Shown piece by piece: positions 39,244-48,291 of a DNA stretch of 64,000 nt. Origin of the DNA: a bacterium (lineage in GTDB: Bacteria; Zhuqueibacterota; Zhuqueibacteria; Residuimicrobiales; Krinioviventaceae); assembly GCA_963675755.2 (NCBI GenBank), contig CAXXMD010000002.1, positions 1,696,001 through 1,760,000 on the forward strand, in the 5' to 3' direction. How positions within the stretch are numbered: position 1 is the first letter of the stretch; every line of letters starts with the position of its first letter. A program made the translations under genes and the position numbers. A model generated the notes under the pieces. It had not been told where the DNA came from, searched no databases, and was given only the letters and a program-made list of their open reading frames with translations.

Positions 39244-40078
39244 TACAATAGAAAAATTACAACATTCCACAATACAGCATGGTAAATACAACGATCGCAT
39301 CTATTTAATGAAGCTAGATCCTCAAGATTTTTTCACTCTTCCGGGTGAATTGGAAAAGCTTGCAGAACAGGAAGAATATTCTAAAATATTCACCAAAATA
39401 CCTGTGAATGCTTGTATGAATTTTCAACATTACCAATTTACCAAAGAAGCATATATACCCAAATTTTTTAATGGACGAACGCCTGCCTATTTTATGTCAA
39501 AATTTGTAGACCGGAAAAGAGCGCATTTATCAATCGAAAATCGCCAGATAATTTCTGACATTATTAAACTTGCAAAATCCAAAGCCAAACAAAAAGATGC
39601 CCCTCTTGCTGAAGGATTGGAAATAAGGCACTTGACTGAAAAGGATATTCCACAACTTACCAGTTTATATAAACAGGTATTCAAGACCTATCCCTTTCCT
39701 ATTTTTGAAGATGACTATATTGCAGAGACCATGAAAGACCATATTCTCTATTTTGGCTTGTTTGATAAAGATACTTTACTTGCAGCTTCTTCCTGCGAAA
39801 TGGACAAGGAGAACCTGAATGTAGAAATGACCGACTTTGCCACCAATCCTGATCATCTTGGAAACGGTTATGCCTACCAGCTATTACGTGCAATGGATAA
39901 GGAAATGAGAGCCCAGGAATTTGTAACTGCATTTACCATTGCACGCGCTGTTTCTCATGGAATGAATATTACTTTTTCCAAACGCGGATATAATTTTTCA
40001 GGCACATTGATTAACAATACAAACATCAATGGCGAAATTGAATGTATGAATGTCTGGTACAAAACATTACTAAAATAA
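39236..40078 (+). CDS. ablB: beta-lysine N-acetyltransferase
   Basis: IQHGKYNDRIYLMKL, YSKIFTK, VFKTYPFPI, EMTDFAT, TIARA, GTLINNTNI, MNVWYK. Confidence 0.92.
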   Translation: MYDTIEKLQHSTIQHGKYNDRIYLMKLDPQDFFTLPGELEKLAEQEEYSKIFTKIPVNACMNFQHYQFTKEAYIPKFFNGRTPAYFMSKFVDRKRAHLSIENRQIISDIIKLAKSKAKQKDAPLAEGLEIRHLTEKDIPQLTSLYKQVFKTYPFPIFEDDYIAETMKDHILYFGLFDKDTLLAASSCEMDKENLNVEMTDFATNPDHLGNGYAYQLLRAMDKEMRAQEFVTAFTIARAVSHGMNITFSKRGYNFSGTLINNTNINGEIECMNVWYKTLLK

Positions 40079-40185
40079 AATCCTGCAAAATCTCAGGAAT
40101 GCAGGGGGTAAAAAATATTTTCTTTAAATTTTTGCATAAAATTTTGTATATTCTTGTTTAAAATAAAAAAATAAAGAAAATATAC

Positions 40186-40914
40186 ATGAATACGATAGAA
40201 TATTCTGTAACCATTCCGGTTTATAACGAACAAGACAATCTGCAAGAACTCGCCGACAATATATCAGAAGCCATGGATGCTATTGGTAAACCTTATGAAG
40301 TTATTCTGGTAGATGACGGCAGTAAAGATAACAGCAGAGAACTCATTAAGCAGCTTTGTAATGAACGGGCCCCTTATCGCTATCTTTTTTTTGATGGAAA
40401 TCATGGACAATCAGCCGCATTTGATGCAGGATTCAAAGCCGCACGCGGCAATATCATCATTACCATGGATGCAGACCTTCAGGTTGACGCCAAAGATATT
40501 CCCAAACTCCTTGAAAAAATGGATGAATACGATGCAGTTGTGGGGTATCGCAAAACCCGCCAGGACAGCCTGAACAAACGAATTTCATCAAAAATTGCAA
40601 ATGCAATTCGAAACAAACTCAGCGGTGAAAGCATCCGCGATACGGGCTGTCCGTTAAAAGCAATGAAACGTGAAGCGCTGATCAAGATCAAGCTGTTCAA
40701 AGGCATGCACCGATTCTTCCCCACTTTGCTGAAAATGGAAGGGTATACGGTAACCGAAGTGCCGGTGAACCATTATCCCCGAGTTCATGGCGTTTCAAAA
40801 TACACAATGCGAAACCGGGCCATCCGTGCGTTGCTGGACCTGTTTGCAATCCGCTGGATGCAAAAAAGATATCTGCGTTACAAAATCATTCAAGACAGTT
40901 TACATTCCAACTAG
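40186..40914 (+). CDS. GT2 polyprenyl-phosphate glycosyltransferase (ArnC/RgtE/DPM1-like)
   Basis: IPVYNE, VDDGSKD, GQSAA, TMDADLQ, DTGC, MHRFFP, SKY. Confidence 0.9.
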   Translation: MNTIEYSVTIPVYNEQDNLQELADNISEAMDAIGKPYEVILVDDGSKDNSRELIKQLCNERAPYRYLFFDGNHGQSAAFDAGFKAARGNIIITMDADLQVDAKDIPKLLEKMDEYDAVVGYRKTRQDSLNKRISSKIANAIRNKLSGESIRDTGCPLKAMKREALIKIKLFKGMHRFFPTLLKMEGYTVTEVPVNHYPRVHGVSKYTMRNRAIRALLDLFAIRWMQKRYLRYKIIQDSLHSN

Positions 40915-40924
40915 AAAAAAAATC

Positions 40925-42496
40925 ATGAATACAAAATCAAACAGTTTTGCCGTTTTGCTGATCATTCTGATCACCCTGATATTCTATTTACCCGGTGTTT
41001 TGTCTCCCCGTGATTTTTGGGTAGAAGACGAAGCCCGTTATGGAGAGATATTGCGTGAAATGCTGGATGCCGGACAATGGTTTGTTCCCCATTTGAACAA
41101 TCATTTTTACCCGGACAAGCCGCCGGTCTATTTCTGGCTTGCTGCTACCGTCTCGTTAATAACAGGCAAGATCACACCATTTTCAGGATTAATCATAACC
41201 TGGATAACCACCCTGGGTGCAATACTGACCACCTACTTTTTCACAAAAAAATTGTACAATCAGAGGGCCGCGTTTCTGGCCTCCCTTGTGCTAACTTCCA
41301 CCTTTCTTGTATTAGGCTGCGCGCAAATTGTACGTATGGACATGATGATGACCTGGTTTGTAACCTGGGCTATTTATGCCTTTTACCTGGGATATACCAA
41401 AGGTCAAACGCGCTGGTACTATCTGTTTTATATTTTTGCGGCTCTGGCTGTAATGGGCAAGGGACCTTTGGGCTTTACCTTTGCATGGTTTCCGGCAATT
41501 ATTTATCTGATGACCGAAAAGAAATGGAAAGAATTGTTCAAATTCGTGGTACATCCCGGATTCATTCTCTTTTTACTGCTGGCCGTGAGTTGGATCCTTG
41601 CAGCCTGGTTCACAGGCAATAAGGATTTTGTAAATACAATCATTAACGAACAATTACTGGGAAGAGCTGTTAAATCCTTTAGTCATAAAGAACCCATTTA
41701 TTTCTATCTCATGCTGCTTCCCTTTGTGCTGCTGCCCTGGTCTCCCTTTATTCCACGCGCTCTCAAACGCGGCGGCAAAGCATACAAACTGTTAATTCTG
41801 TGGTTTGTTCTGGGATTTGTTACCATTTCAATCCTTAGCGGTAAACTGTTTATCTATCTTTTGCCTCTGGTTCCGGCAGTTGCCATGATGCTGGGTAAAT
41901 TATTTGATGAATTGTTAACCTATAAAGGAACCGTAAAAGCCTGGCGCATTGAGAGTATGATTGCTATACTACTCACCTTTGGATTTTTTATAGCGCTTGT
42001 CTTTGCGGCTCCACATTATCCTATTGCGGACCAATTGCGTATTTCATCACTTGCATGGGTTTTCATCCCCCTAACTCTGGTGGCGGTTTGGTTTGCCTGG
42101 AAACAAAAGATTAAACATACCTTTGTTCTCCTCTTTCTGGGTATGTACATCTTTTCTTTTTACCTGTTCCAGGTCATGATTCCCCAGTTAAACTCCTATT
42201 TTTCTGCCCGTGAAATTGGTGCTGAAATCGCTCAGCATGAACAAGAGGGATACACAGTATCCATATTCAGGGTCCGCAGGGGCATTCTTAATTTTTATGC
42301 CGAAACCTATTTGCCTGAAAAAGAGTTGAGCGATCTGGATGGATTTTTTGAAACACCTAATCAATTGCTTATTATGAAAAAAAGTGAATATAAAAAACAA
42401 CAGAAACTATTGGCAGATACTCACGTATTATCAAACTATGAAATTGCCAACGAAAAATATGTAATAATAGGAAAAAATGATGTTAAAGAATTTTGA
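40925..42496 (+). CDS. ArnT-like (GT83) lipid glycosyltransferase
   Basis: DEARYGEILREM, YPDKPP, RMDM, MGKGP, HKEPIYFY, K-FIYLLP; start set at ATG 40925. Confidence 0.88.
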   Translation: MNTKSNSFAVLLIILITLIFYLPGVLSPRDFWVEDEARYGEILREMLDAGQWFVPHLNNHFYPDKPPVYFWLAATVSLITGKITPFSGLIITWITTLGAILTTYFFTKKLYNQRAAFLASLVLTSTFLVLGCAQIVRMDMMMTWFVTWAIYAFYLGYTKGQTRWYYLFYIFAALAVMGKGPLGFTFAWFPAIIYLMTEKKWKELFKFVVHPGFILFLLLAVSWILAAWFTGNKDFVNTIINEQLLGRAVKSFSHKEPIYFYLMLLPFVLLPWSPFIPRALKRGGKAYKLLILWFVLGFVTISILSGKLFIYLLPLVPAVAMMLGKLFDELLTYKGTVKAWRIESMIAILLTFGFFIALVFAAPHYPIADQLRISSLAWVFIPLTLVAVWFAWKQKIKHTFVLLFLGMYIFSFYLFQVMIPQLNSYFSAREIGAEIAQHEQEGYTVSIFRVRRGILNFYAETYLPEKELSDLDGFFETPNQLLIMKKSEYKKQQKLLADTHVLSNYEIANEKYVIIGKNDVKEF

Positions 42497-42788
42497 TTTC
42501 TGGCTTGTGCTGGGTTTTGTAGCACAAGGCATTTTTGGAGTACGTTTTTTAATACAATGGATCGCCTCTGAACGTAAAAAGCAAAGTGTGATCCCCATAG
42601 GATTTTGGTACGTTAGTCTGCTGGGTGGTATGATGCTTCTGACCTATGCTATCCATATTAAAGATCCAGTATTTATATTGGGGCAGAGTACCGGCTCCCT
42701 CATCTATGGCCGCAATCTGATGCTGATCTATAATCAGCGTAAAAAGGAAAAAGCAGAAAAAGAAGCACAATCCGTAACTGCTGAATAA
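42477..42788 (+). CDS. lipid-A-disaccharide synthase N-terminal domain protein (LAB_N, RgtF-like)
   Basis: GFVAQ..F..RFLIQWIASE, SVIP..FW..SL.GG, DPVFILGQ, IY.RNL. Confidence 0.88.
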   Translation: MMLKNFDFWLVLGFVAQGIFGVRFLIQWIASERKKQSVIPIGFWYVSLLGGMMLLTYAIHIKDPVFILGQSTGSLIYGRNLMLIYNQRKKEKAEKEAQSVTAE

Positions 42789-42796
42789 GATATTTT

Positions 42797-42829
42797 AAAA
42801 CGGGATGTAATAAATACATCCCGTTTTTT
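42797..42829 (+). terminator. rho-independent terminator
   Basis: AAAACGGGATGTA / TACATCCCGTTTTTT. Confidence 0.88.
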
Positions 42830-42945
42830 ATTTACAGAAAAAATCCCCTCCCCCTATATTCATTCTTTGAACATTATTGAAAAAATGTATCAATTTCACT
42901 ATATTTAAAAAATAGCTTTCAATCCTCAAATTCAAAGGAAACTAG

Positions 42946-43728
42946 ATGGTATCTCGAGTAAAGTGGTTAATTCTATTGTTATTCCCGCTGGTCATATGGG
43001 GTCAAACAAACACAGAAATTACTATACTCTGTGACACGCCTCCTGAACCGCAAATGACCGTGCTGGAACAATTTCTAAACGCCAAAGATTTTAATTGCGC
43101 TCAATTGTCTCAAATGGAATATACCGAGAATAATTTTGGCGATTTCCCTCGCGCAATTATCGTTTATATTCATAAACCCCTAATCCCTCAAGTTGAAGAT
43201 GCATTATTGAATTACTGTAACCAGGGAGGCCGGCTCATTGTATTACACCATGCAATTGCTTCAGCTAAACTGGAAAATAAAAAATGGCTCCCCTTTGCGG
43301 GTATTCGCTTGAGTAAAGAACATACGAGTCCGTTCCCATGGACAGTTTACAGTAATGGCAAAATGGAGATTGTAAAACTATTAGATCATTATATTACAAA
43401 TAATAAAGTAAACTGGAATGACTCTACAAATTATATTTCCTCAGATCAGCCCAGTGCCGCGGCAGTTTTCCCCTCATTCACTATTCAAGAAACAGAGCTA
43501 TTAGCCAACCAAATGTTCACGGATGGTCGACAAAAAACGGTTTTACTGGGATACTCGTTTACAGACTCGGAAACCGGAAAAACAATCACTGCAGACCGTG
43601 GCGGATGGTTTCTACCAAAAGAACAGGGGTATTTCTTTTATTTCGTCGCGGGACACAATCCTTCTGATTTTGAAAATCAAAATTTTAGTCAGATGATAAT
43701 GAACTGCATCACCTGGGAAAGGGATTGA
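42946..43728 (+). CDS. ThuA-like (class I glutamine amidotransferase-fold) secreted protein
   Basis: Signal peptide; GGRLIVLHHA; G-FFYFVAGH...F-QMIMNCITW. Confidence 0.65.
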   Translation: MVSRVKWLILLLFPLVIWGQTNTEITILCDTPPEPQMTVLEQFLNAKDFNCAQLSQMEYTENNFGDFPRAIIVYIHKPLIPQVEDALLNYCNQGGRLIVLHHAIASAKLENKKWLPFAGIRLSKEHTSPFPWTVYSNGKMEIVKLLDHYITNNKVNWNDSTNYISSDQPSAAAVFPSFTIQETELLANQMFTDGRQKTVLLGYSFTDSETGKTITADRGGWFLPKEQGYFFYFVAGHNPSDFENQNFSQMIMNCITWERD

Positions 43729-43740
43729 CACTCGTTTTTC

Positions 43741-44220
43741 TGTCTGAATTAAGATGAATAGGATTTAAGGATGACAGGATTTGGAGAGAATATTCTGTTT
43801 GTCATCAATCAGATGGATACAAATAACATGGATTCCCTCTGTTTATTATTTTTCTGCTAAAACAAGCCATTAACCAGATATTACATAAACAGAATTTATG
43901 TGTTCAGTTCCAACCGAAACAAGAGTTTCGGTTGGAGCAAAAAAAAGCCACGGATCGACACGGAAGAAACACGGATCGGAATCGTTCATTAATTTTTATT
44001 TTACATGATTTTTATAAATTGATAGTATCAGGGAAAAATAAATTCTGATATTATATTATCAGAATCCATCCATGGAGATTTGTGTGAATCTGTAGCGAAT
44101 TTATTTGTACCGTCTACTCACTCCATCTGCCAACTGGCGGTTTGGAGGCAATATAAAGAATAATTAAAGAGTCAGTATCAAAATCAAGGTAATCAGGTTA
44201 ATCCTTTAATCTGGGTTCAG
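43741..44220. repeat. cluster of nested REP-like palindromic repeats
   Basis: A-type GGATT/AATCC iterations at 43741-43781 (+) and 44182-44220 (-); B-type CACGGAT iterations at 43946-43977 (+) and 44068-44096 (-); hairpins at 43907-43938 and 44121-44147. Confidence 0.65.
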
Positions 44221-44806
44221 GGTAATAACGCTCCACAACCGATTCCACCTGTGCAAGCCAGGTTTTGCGCTCCATCTCGGTACTGGTAACAATGATGCGA
44301 AACATTTCCCGGTAAAACGATTTCACCCCGCATAAATCAAACATACAGTCTTTCCAGATTCGCTGTAATGGATCTCCAAACACCTCAATCTCCCGTTTTT
44401 CAGAAGTATTTGCTGTGTTGAAAACCAATGCGGATTTGGCCTTCAAGAGTCCCACCGGTACGCCTTCACCGCTGTCCCCATCTATAAACTCGTACGCTAC
44501 ACCGGGGCGGATTACCCGGTCTACCCAGCCCTTGAGGATAGCCGGCGGCATGCCCCACCAATTTGGATGTACGATAATAATACCGTCTGATTCCATCAGT
44601 TCTTTACAATAGGTATCCAATTCAGGGGATATGTTAGCACCTTTGGGGAATTCTTTTGCAGGCAGTAAAGGATCGAATCCTTCTGCATACAGATCATGAT
44701 ACCAGACCGTGTGGTTGCAGGACAACAGCTTGTCCCTGGCAGTCTGTGCAATTGCATGATTAAAGCTGTTCGAATCGGGATGTGCGAGTATTATAGAGAT
44801 GTTCAT
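44198..44806 (-). CDS. NAD(P)H-dependent oxidoreductase (flavodoxin_2 / quinone reductase family)
   Basis: AHPDSNSFN, DLYAEGFDP, HPNWWGMPPAILKGWVDRV. Confidence 0.9.
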   Translation of the reverse strand: MNISIILAHPDSNSFNHAIAQTARDKLLSCNHTVWYHDLYAEGFDPLLPAKEFPKGANISPELDTYCKELMESDGIIIVHPNWWGMPPAILKGWVDRVIRPGVAYEFIDGDSGEGVPVGLLKAKSALVFNTANTSEKREIEVFGDPLQRIWKDCMFDLCGVKSFYREMFRIIVTSTEMERKTWLAQVESVVERYYPEPRLKD

Positions 44807-44922
44807 AAAAAAAACATATAAATTGATTATCATTTTTAATGTAAATAAAAAAATGCTTGCGATCCAATGTAATAATTTTTAATTATAAATTACATAAATT
44901 AATTTAAAAATTGGGGAACATA

Positions 44923-46371
44923 ATGGATGACGATTTTGAAAGCTATATCTGCCATGATTGCATTGGGGATCAATATATAAAAAAAAGTATTAAACAAACT
45001 GGTACAATTAATAAATGCCATTACTGTAATAAAAAACGAAAAAGTATAAATTTAACTGAATTGGTAAATTGGGTTGATGGAATATTTAATAATTATTACA
45101 AACAAGGTGATGAATATCCAGTGCCAGATTATGAAACTGATAAAATATTCTGGCATACTGAAGGTAGTCCTTTAGATGAAATAATTGCTAATTTGCTTCA
45201 AGTTGAAAATGAAATTGTTTCTGATATTGTTGCAAATCTGGATAACGATATAGACCGATATCTTGCAATTAAAGATGGTGATACTCCATTTTATGACAAT
45301 GAAATGAATTATACTCCTATTGAGATTGAGAGAATCAATCAAAACCATTCAAACCTATGGATTAAATTTTGTAATATTGTTAAACATCAGAAGAGATTTT
45401 TTAGTGAAGAAGTCGTTGAAATATTAAACGATATATTCTCAGGCTTGAAACAATATCGTTGTTTCGATGAAGAATTACACATAAGAAATATAAATCCAGA
45501 TGAAAAAGATAGTACAATTTATCGAGCAAGAAGAGCAATAAGTGAAAAGGATAGAATTAAGATATGTTTAGATCCTGTAAATGAATTGGGTCCACCACCA
45601 CCTAATAAAGCAATTGCTGGTAGAATGAATCCCTCCGGTATTTCAGTATTTTATGCAGCTTTTGAAAGAGAAACTTGTATCGCAGAATTAAGATTACCGG
45701 TTGGTGAAACAGCAATTAGTGGGGAATTTAAAGTAATAAAAAGTATCAAAGTTCTTGACTTGACAAAATTTCACAAACTTTATGCAGAATTAAGTTATTT
45801 TGATCCTGATTTTCCTGATAAAGCAAGCCGTTTAGATTTTCTTCGTCATTTTGAAAACCAGATAAGCCAGGTTATTTTAAAATCAGATAATGAAATTGAA
45901 TATATTCCTACTCAAGCATTTATTGAATACCTGGCAAATCACTTTCAGCACAAAATCGACGCTGTTATTTATTCATCATCACAAAATAAAAATGGAAAAA
46001 ATATTGTATTGTTAAACCATGTTGCAAAAATTAAACAAAATGATCAAAAGGAAAAGACAATTTCCAAAACACCTAAATATAAAGAAAATTGGTATGAAGA
46101 TTTTTACACTATATGGGAAGAATCAGAAAGGTCTACGAAAGAAGAAAATGATAACGATCTTAATAAGGTTTTAGATAATGATACACAATTTGACTTTGAT
46201 ACTGATAATAATTACTTAAATGAAGAAATTAAAACTCCGTATCTATCATTTGTTCCTGATAGTTTAGAAATACATAAAGTTAATCAAATTAACCCAACTA
46301 TAGAATCAACTTCTGTTTCAATTTATAATAAAAACAATAAATTATTTAATGATGGTATAATTGAATTATAA
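44923..46371 (+). CDS. standalone RES-domain protein (putative NAD+ phosphorylase) with Cys-rich N-terminal domain
   Basis: CHDC...CHYC N-terminus; YRARR, GRMNPSGISVFYAA, CIAELR, YIPTQ, VIYSSS; markedly AT-rich. Confidence 0.8.
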   Translation: MDDDFESYICHDCIGDQYIKKSIKQTGTINKCHYCNKKRKSINLTELVNWVDGIFNNYYKQGDEYPVPDYETDKIFWHTEGSPLDEIIANLLQVENEIVSDIVANLDNDIDRYLAIKDGDTPFYDNEMNYTPIEIERINQNHSNLWIKFCNIVKHQKRFFSEEVVEILNDIFSGLKQYRCFDEELHIRNINPDEKDSTIYRARRAISEKDRIKICLDPVNELGPPPPNKAIAGRMNPSGISVFYAAFERETCIAELRLPVGETAISGEFKVIKSIKVLDLTKFHKLYAELSYFDPDFPDKASRLDFLRHFENQISQVILKSDNEIEYIPTQAFIEYLANHFQHKIDAVIYSSSQNKNGKNIVLLNHVAKIKQNDQKEKTISKTPKYKENWYEDFYTIWEESERSTKEENDNDLNKVLDNDTQFDFDTDNNYLNEEIKTPYLSFVPDSLEIHKVNQINPTIESTSVSIYNKNNKLFNDGIIEL

Positions 46372-46431
46372 TACCTAGCTATTTATATTACTTAGTCGTA
46401 AAGGCCTGGTCCTGACGGAGAAATCAGAACC

Positions 46432-46570
46432 AATCCGTGCAGATCAGTGTGTATCCGTGGCTAATTTCTTTACTAAATCAATCAGCAATTTGGAGGATTA
46501 GACACTGTCTAATTAACAGCCCCCTTATTAATCCTAGAATCCTTTAATCCTAAAAATCTTAATTCAAACA
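46432..46570. repeat. second REP-like module (B-type and A-type units)
   Basis: 46433-46461 matches 44068-44096 at 22/29; 46530-46570 is the reverse complement of 43741-43781 at 33/41. Confidence 0.65.
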
Positions 46571-46580
46571 ATAAAATCAA

Positions 46581-47459
46581 TTACAGCGACTGTTTTGCGG
46601 CTTTGACCGTGTTAGCAAGCAGCATAACGATGGTCATGGGGCCTACACCACCAGGTACCGGAGTAATGGCTTCTGCAACTTCTTTGACATTATCAAAGTC
46701 CACATCACCTACAAGGCGGTATCCGCGTTTAGCTGAAGGATCATCTTTGCGGTTGGTGCCCACATCGATCACAACAGCACCGGGTTTAACCATATCTTTG
46801 GTTATAATTCCCGCACGTCCCGCGGCAGCCACGAGTATGTCCGCTTGTTTGGTATAAGGAGTCAAATCACCTGAACCGGTATGACAAACCGTAACGGTTG
46901 CATTAGCGTCTTCTTTTTTCTGCATCATCATATTGGCGAATGGCAGGCCAACCAGTAAGCTGCGTCCCACCACAACCACATGTTTGCCTTTGGTTTCAAC
47001 ACCATTACGGATGAGCAACTGCTGCACACCTGCAGGAGTACAGGGTAAAAAGCAATTTTCTCCCGCGGTCAAACGACCACGACTGACAGGATTCAATCCA
47101 TCTACATCTTTATCAGGAGAAATAGCTTCAATAATCTTTTTGGAATCAATTTGCTTAGGGACCGGCAATTGTACCAGAATGCCATGCACTTGCGAATCAT
47201 TATTGAGTTTATCTACCACAGCCAGCAATTCTTCTTCTGTTGTTTCTTCCGGTAAAAGAATAGTTTCGGAGCCGAGTCCGTGTTTTTCGCAGGCTTTTTG
47301 TTTCATGCCCACATATACTTTGGATGCCGGATCTTCGCCAACCAGGACAACCGTAAGGTGCGGTGTACATCCATCAGCCTTTAACTTGGCTACATCATCC
47401 GCAATTTCCTGGTAAATAGCTTCTGCAGTTAATTTTCCATCAATAATTCTTGCGCTCAC
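46581..47459 (-). CDS. folD: bifunctional methylenetetrahydrofolate dehydrogenase/cyclohydrolase
   Basis: IIDGK, YVGMK, HGILVQLP, KDVDG, PCTP, GRS, ITPVPGGVGPMT. Confidence 0.97.
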   Translation of the reverse strand: MSARIIDGKLTAEAIYQEIADDVAKLKADGCTPHLTVVLVGEDPASKVYVGMKQKACEKHGLGSETILLPEETTEEELLAVVDKLNNDSQVHGILVQLPVPKQIDSKKIIEAISPDKDVDGLNPVSRGRLTAGENCFLPCTPAGVQQLLIRNGVETKGKHVVVVGRSLLVGLPFANMMMQKKEDANATVTVCHTGSGDLTPYTKQADILVAAAGRAGIITKDMVKPGAVVIDVGTNRKDDPSAKRGYRLVGDVDFDNVKEVAEAITPVPGGVGPMTIVMLLANTVKAAKQSL

Positions 47460-47472
47460 AATGCAACTCCCT

Positions 47473-48267
47473 CTATGGCAGGTTAATACGTTGAATACCG
47501 GTAGCCCGGCCGGTTTGAATATCTATATCAACAACCACTGCATTTAAACGAATGTTTGTACTTGCAAGCTGGTATTTTTCTGGTAATTGGGTTACAAATC
47601 GTTTAATGGCAACATGGGTTTCCAATCCAATTACCGAATCAAAGGGACCAGTCATGCCCACATCCGTGATATATGCAGTACCTTTGTGCAGTAACCGCTC
47701 ATCAGCAGTCTGCACATGTGTATGGGTTCCTACAACTGCACTGACTTTACCATCCAGATACCAGCCCAATGCCAGTTTTTCTGCTGAAGCTTCAGCATGA
47801 AAATCAACAAAGATAATATTTGTCTGCTGTCTCAGCATCTCTGCTTCTTCCAGGCCAACTTTGAACGGGCAATCAATAGGATTCATAAACGTGCGTCCCT
47901 GAAGATTGATTACACCAACATTGATACCAGATGGATGATTAAATAAAAGCGAGCCCTTGCCGGGTGCTTCGGATGGAAAATTCATTGGGCGTAAAACCCG
48001 TGTGGCAGTATCGAGATAGGAACGAAAATCAGCAATATTCCAGCTGTGGTTACCGCCGGTGACAACATCAATACCGGCGCTAAAATATTTGCGGACAACC
48101 TGTTCTGTCAATCCCCTGCCATTGTAGCCATTTTCACCATTGGCAATGGTCATGTCAACATGATATTGCTTGATGAGGTTTGGCAGCAAGGCAGAAATGA
48201 TTGTCAGACCAGGTTTACCAACAATATCCGCTATAAATAAAATTGTAAATTTCTTTTTATCAGACAC
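47473..48267 (-). CDS. ymdB: TIGR00282 family metallophosphoesterase (YmdB)
   Basis: DIVGKPG, NGEN, TGGNH, DFHAEA, GTHTHVQTAD, TDVGMTG; follows rny. Confidence 0.93.
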   Translation of the reverse strand: MSDKKKFTILFIADIVGKPGLTIISALLPNLIKQYHVDMTIANGENGYNGRGLTEQVVRKYFSAGIDVVTGGNHSWNIADFRSYLDTATRVLRPMNFPSEAPGKGSLLFNHPSGINVGVINLQGRTFMNPIDCPFKVGLEEAEMLRQQTNIIFVDFHAEASAEKLALGWYLDGKVSAVVGTHTHVQTADERLLHKGTAYITDVGMTGPFDSVIGLETHVAIKRFVTQLPEKYQLASTNIRLNAVVVDIDIQTGRATGIQRINLP

Positions 48268-48291
48268 CTGAATCCAAACTTTGTTCGGGTT

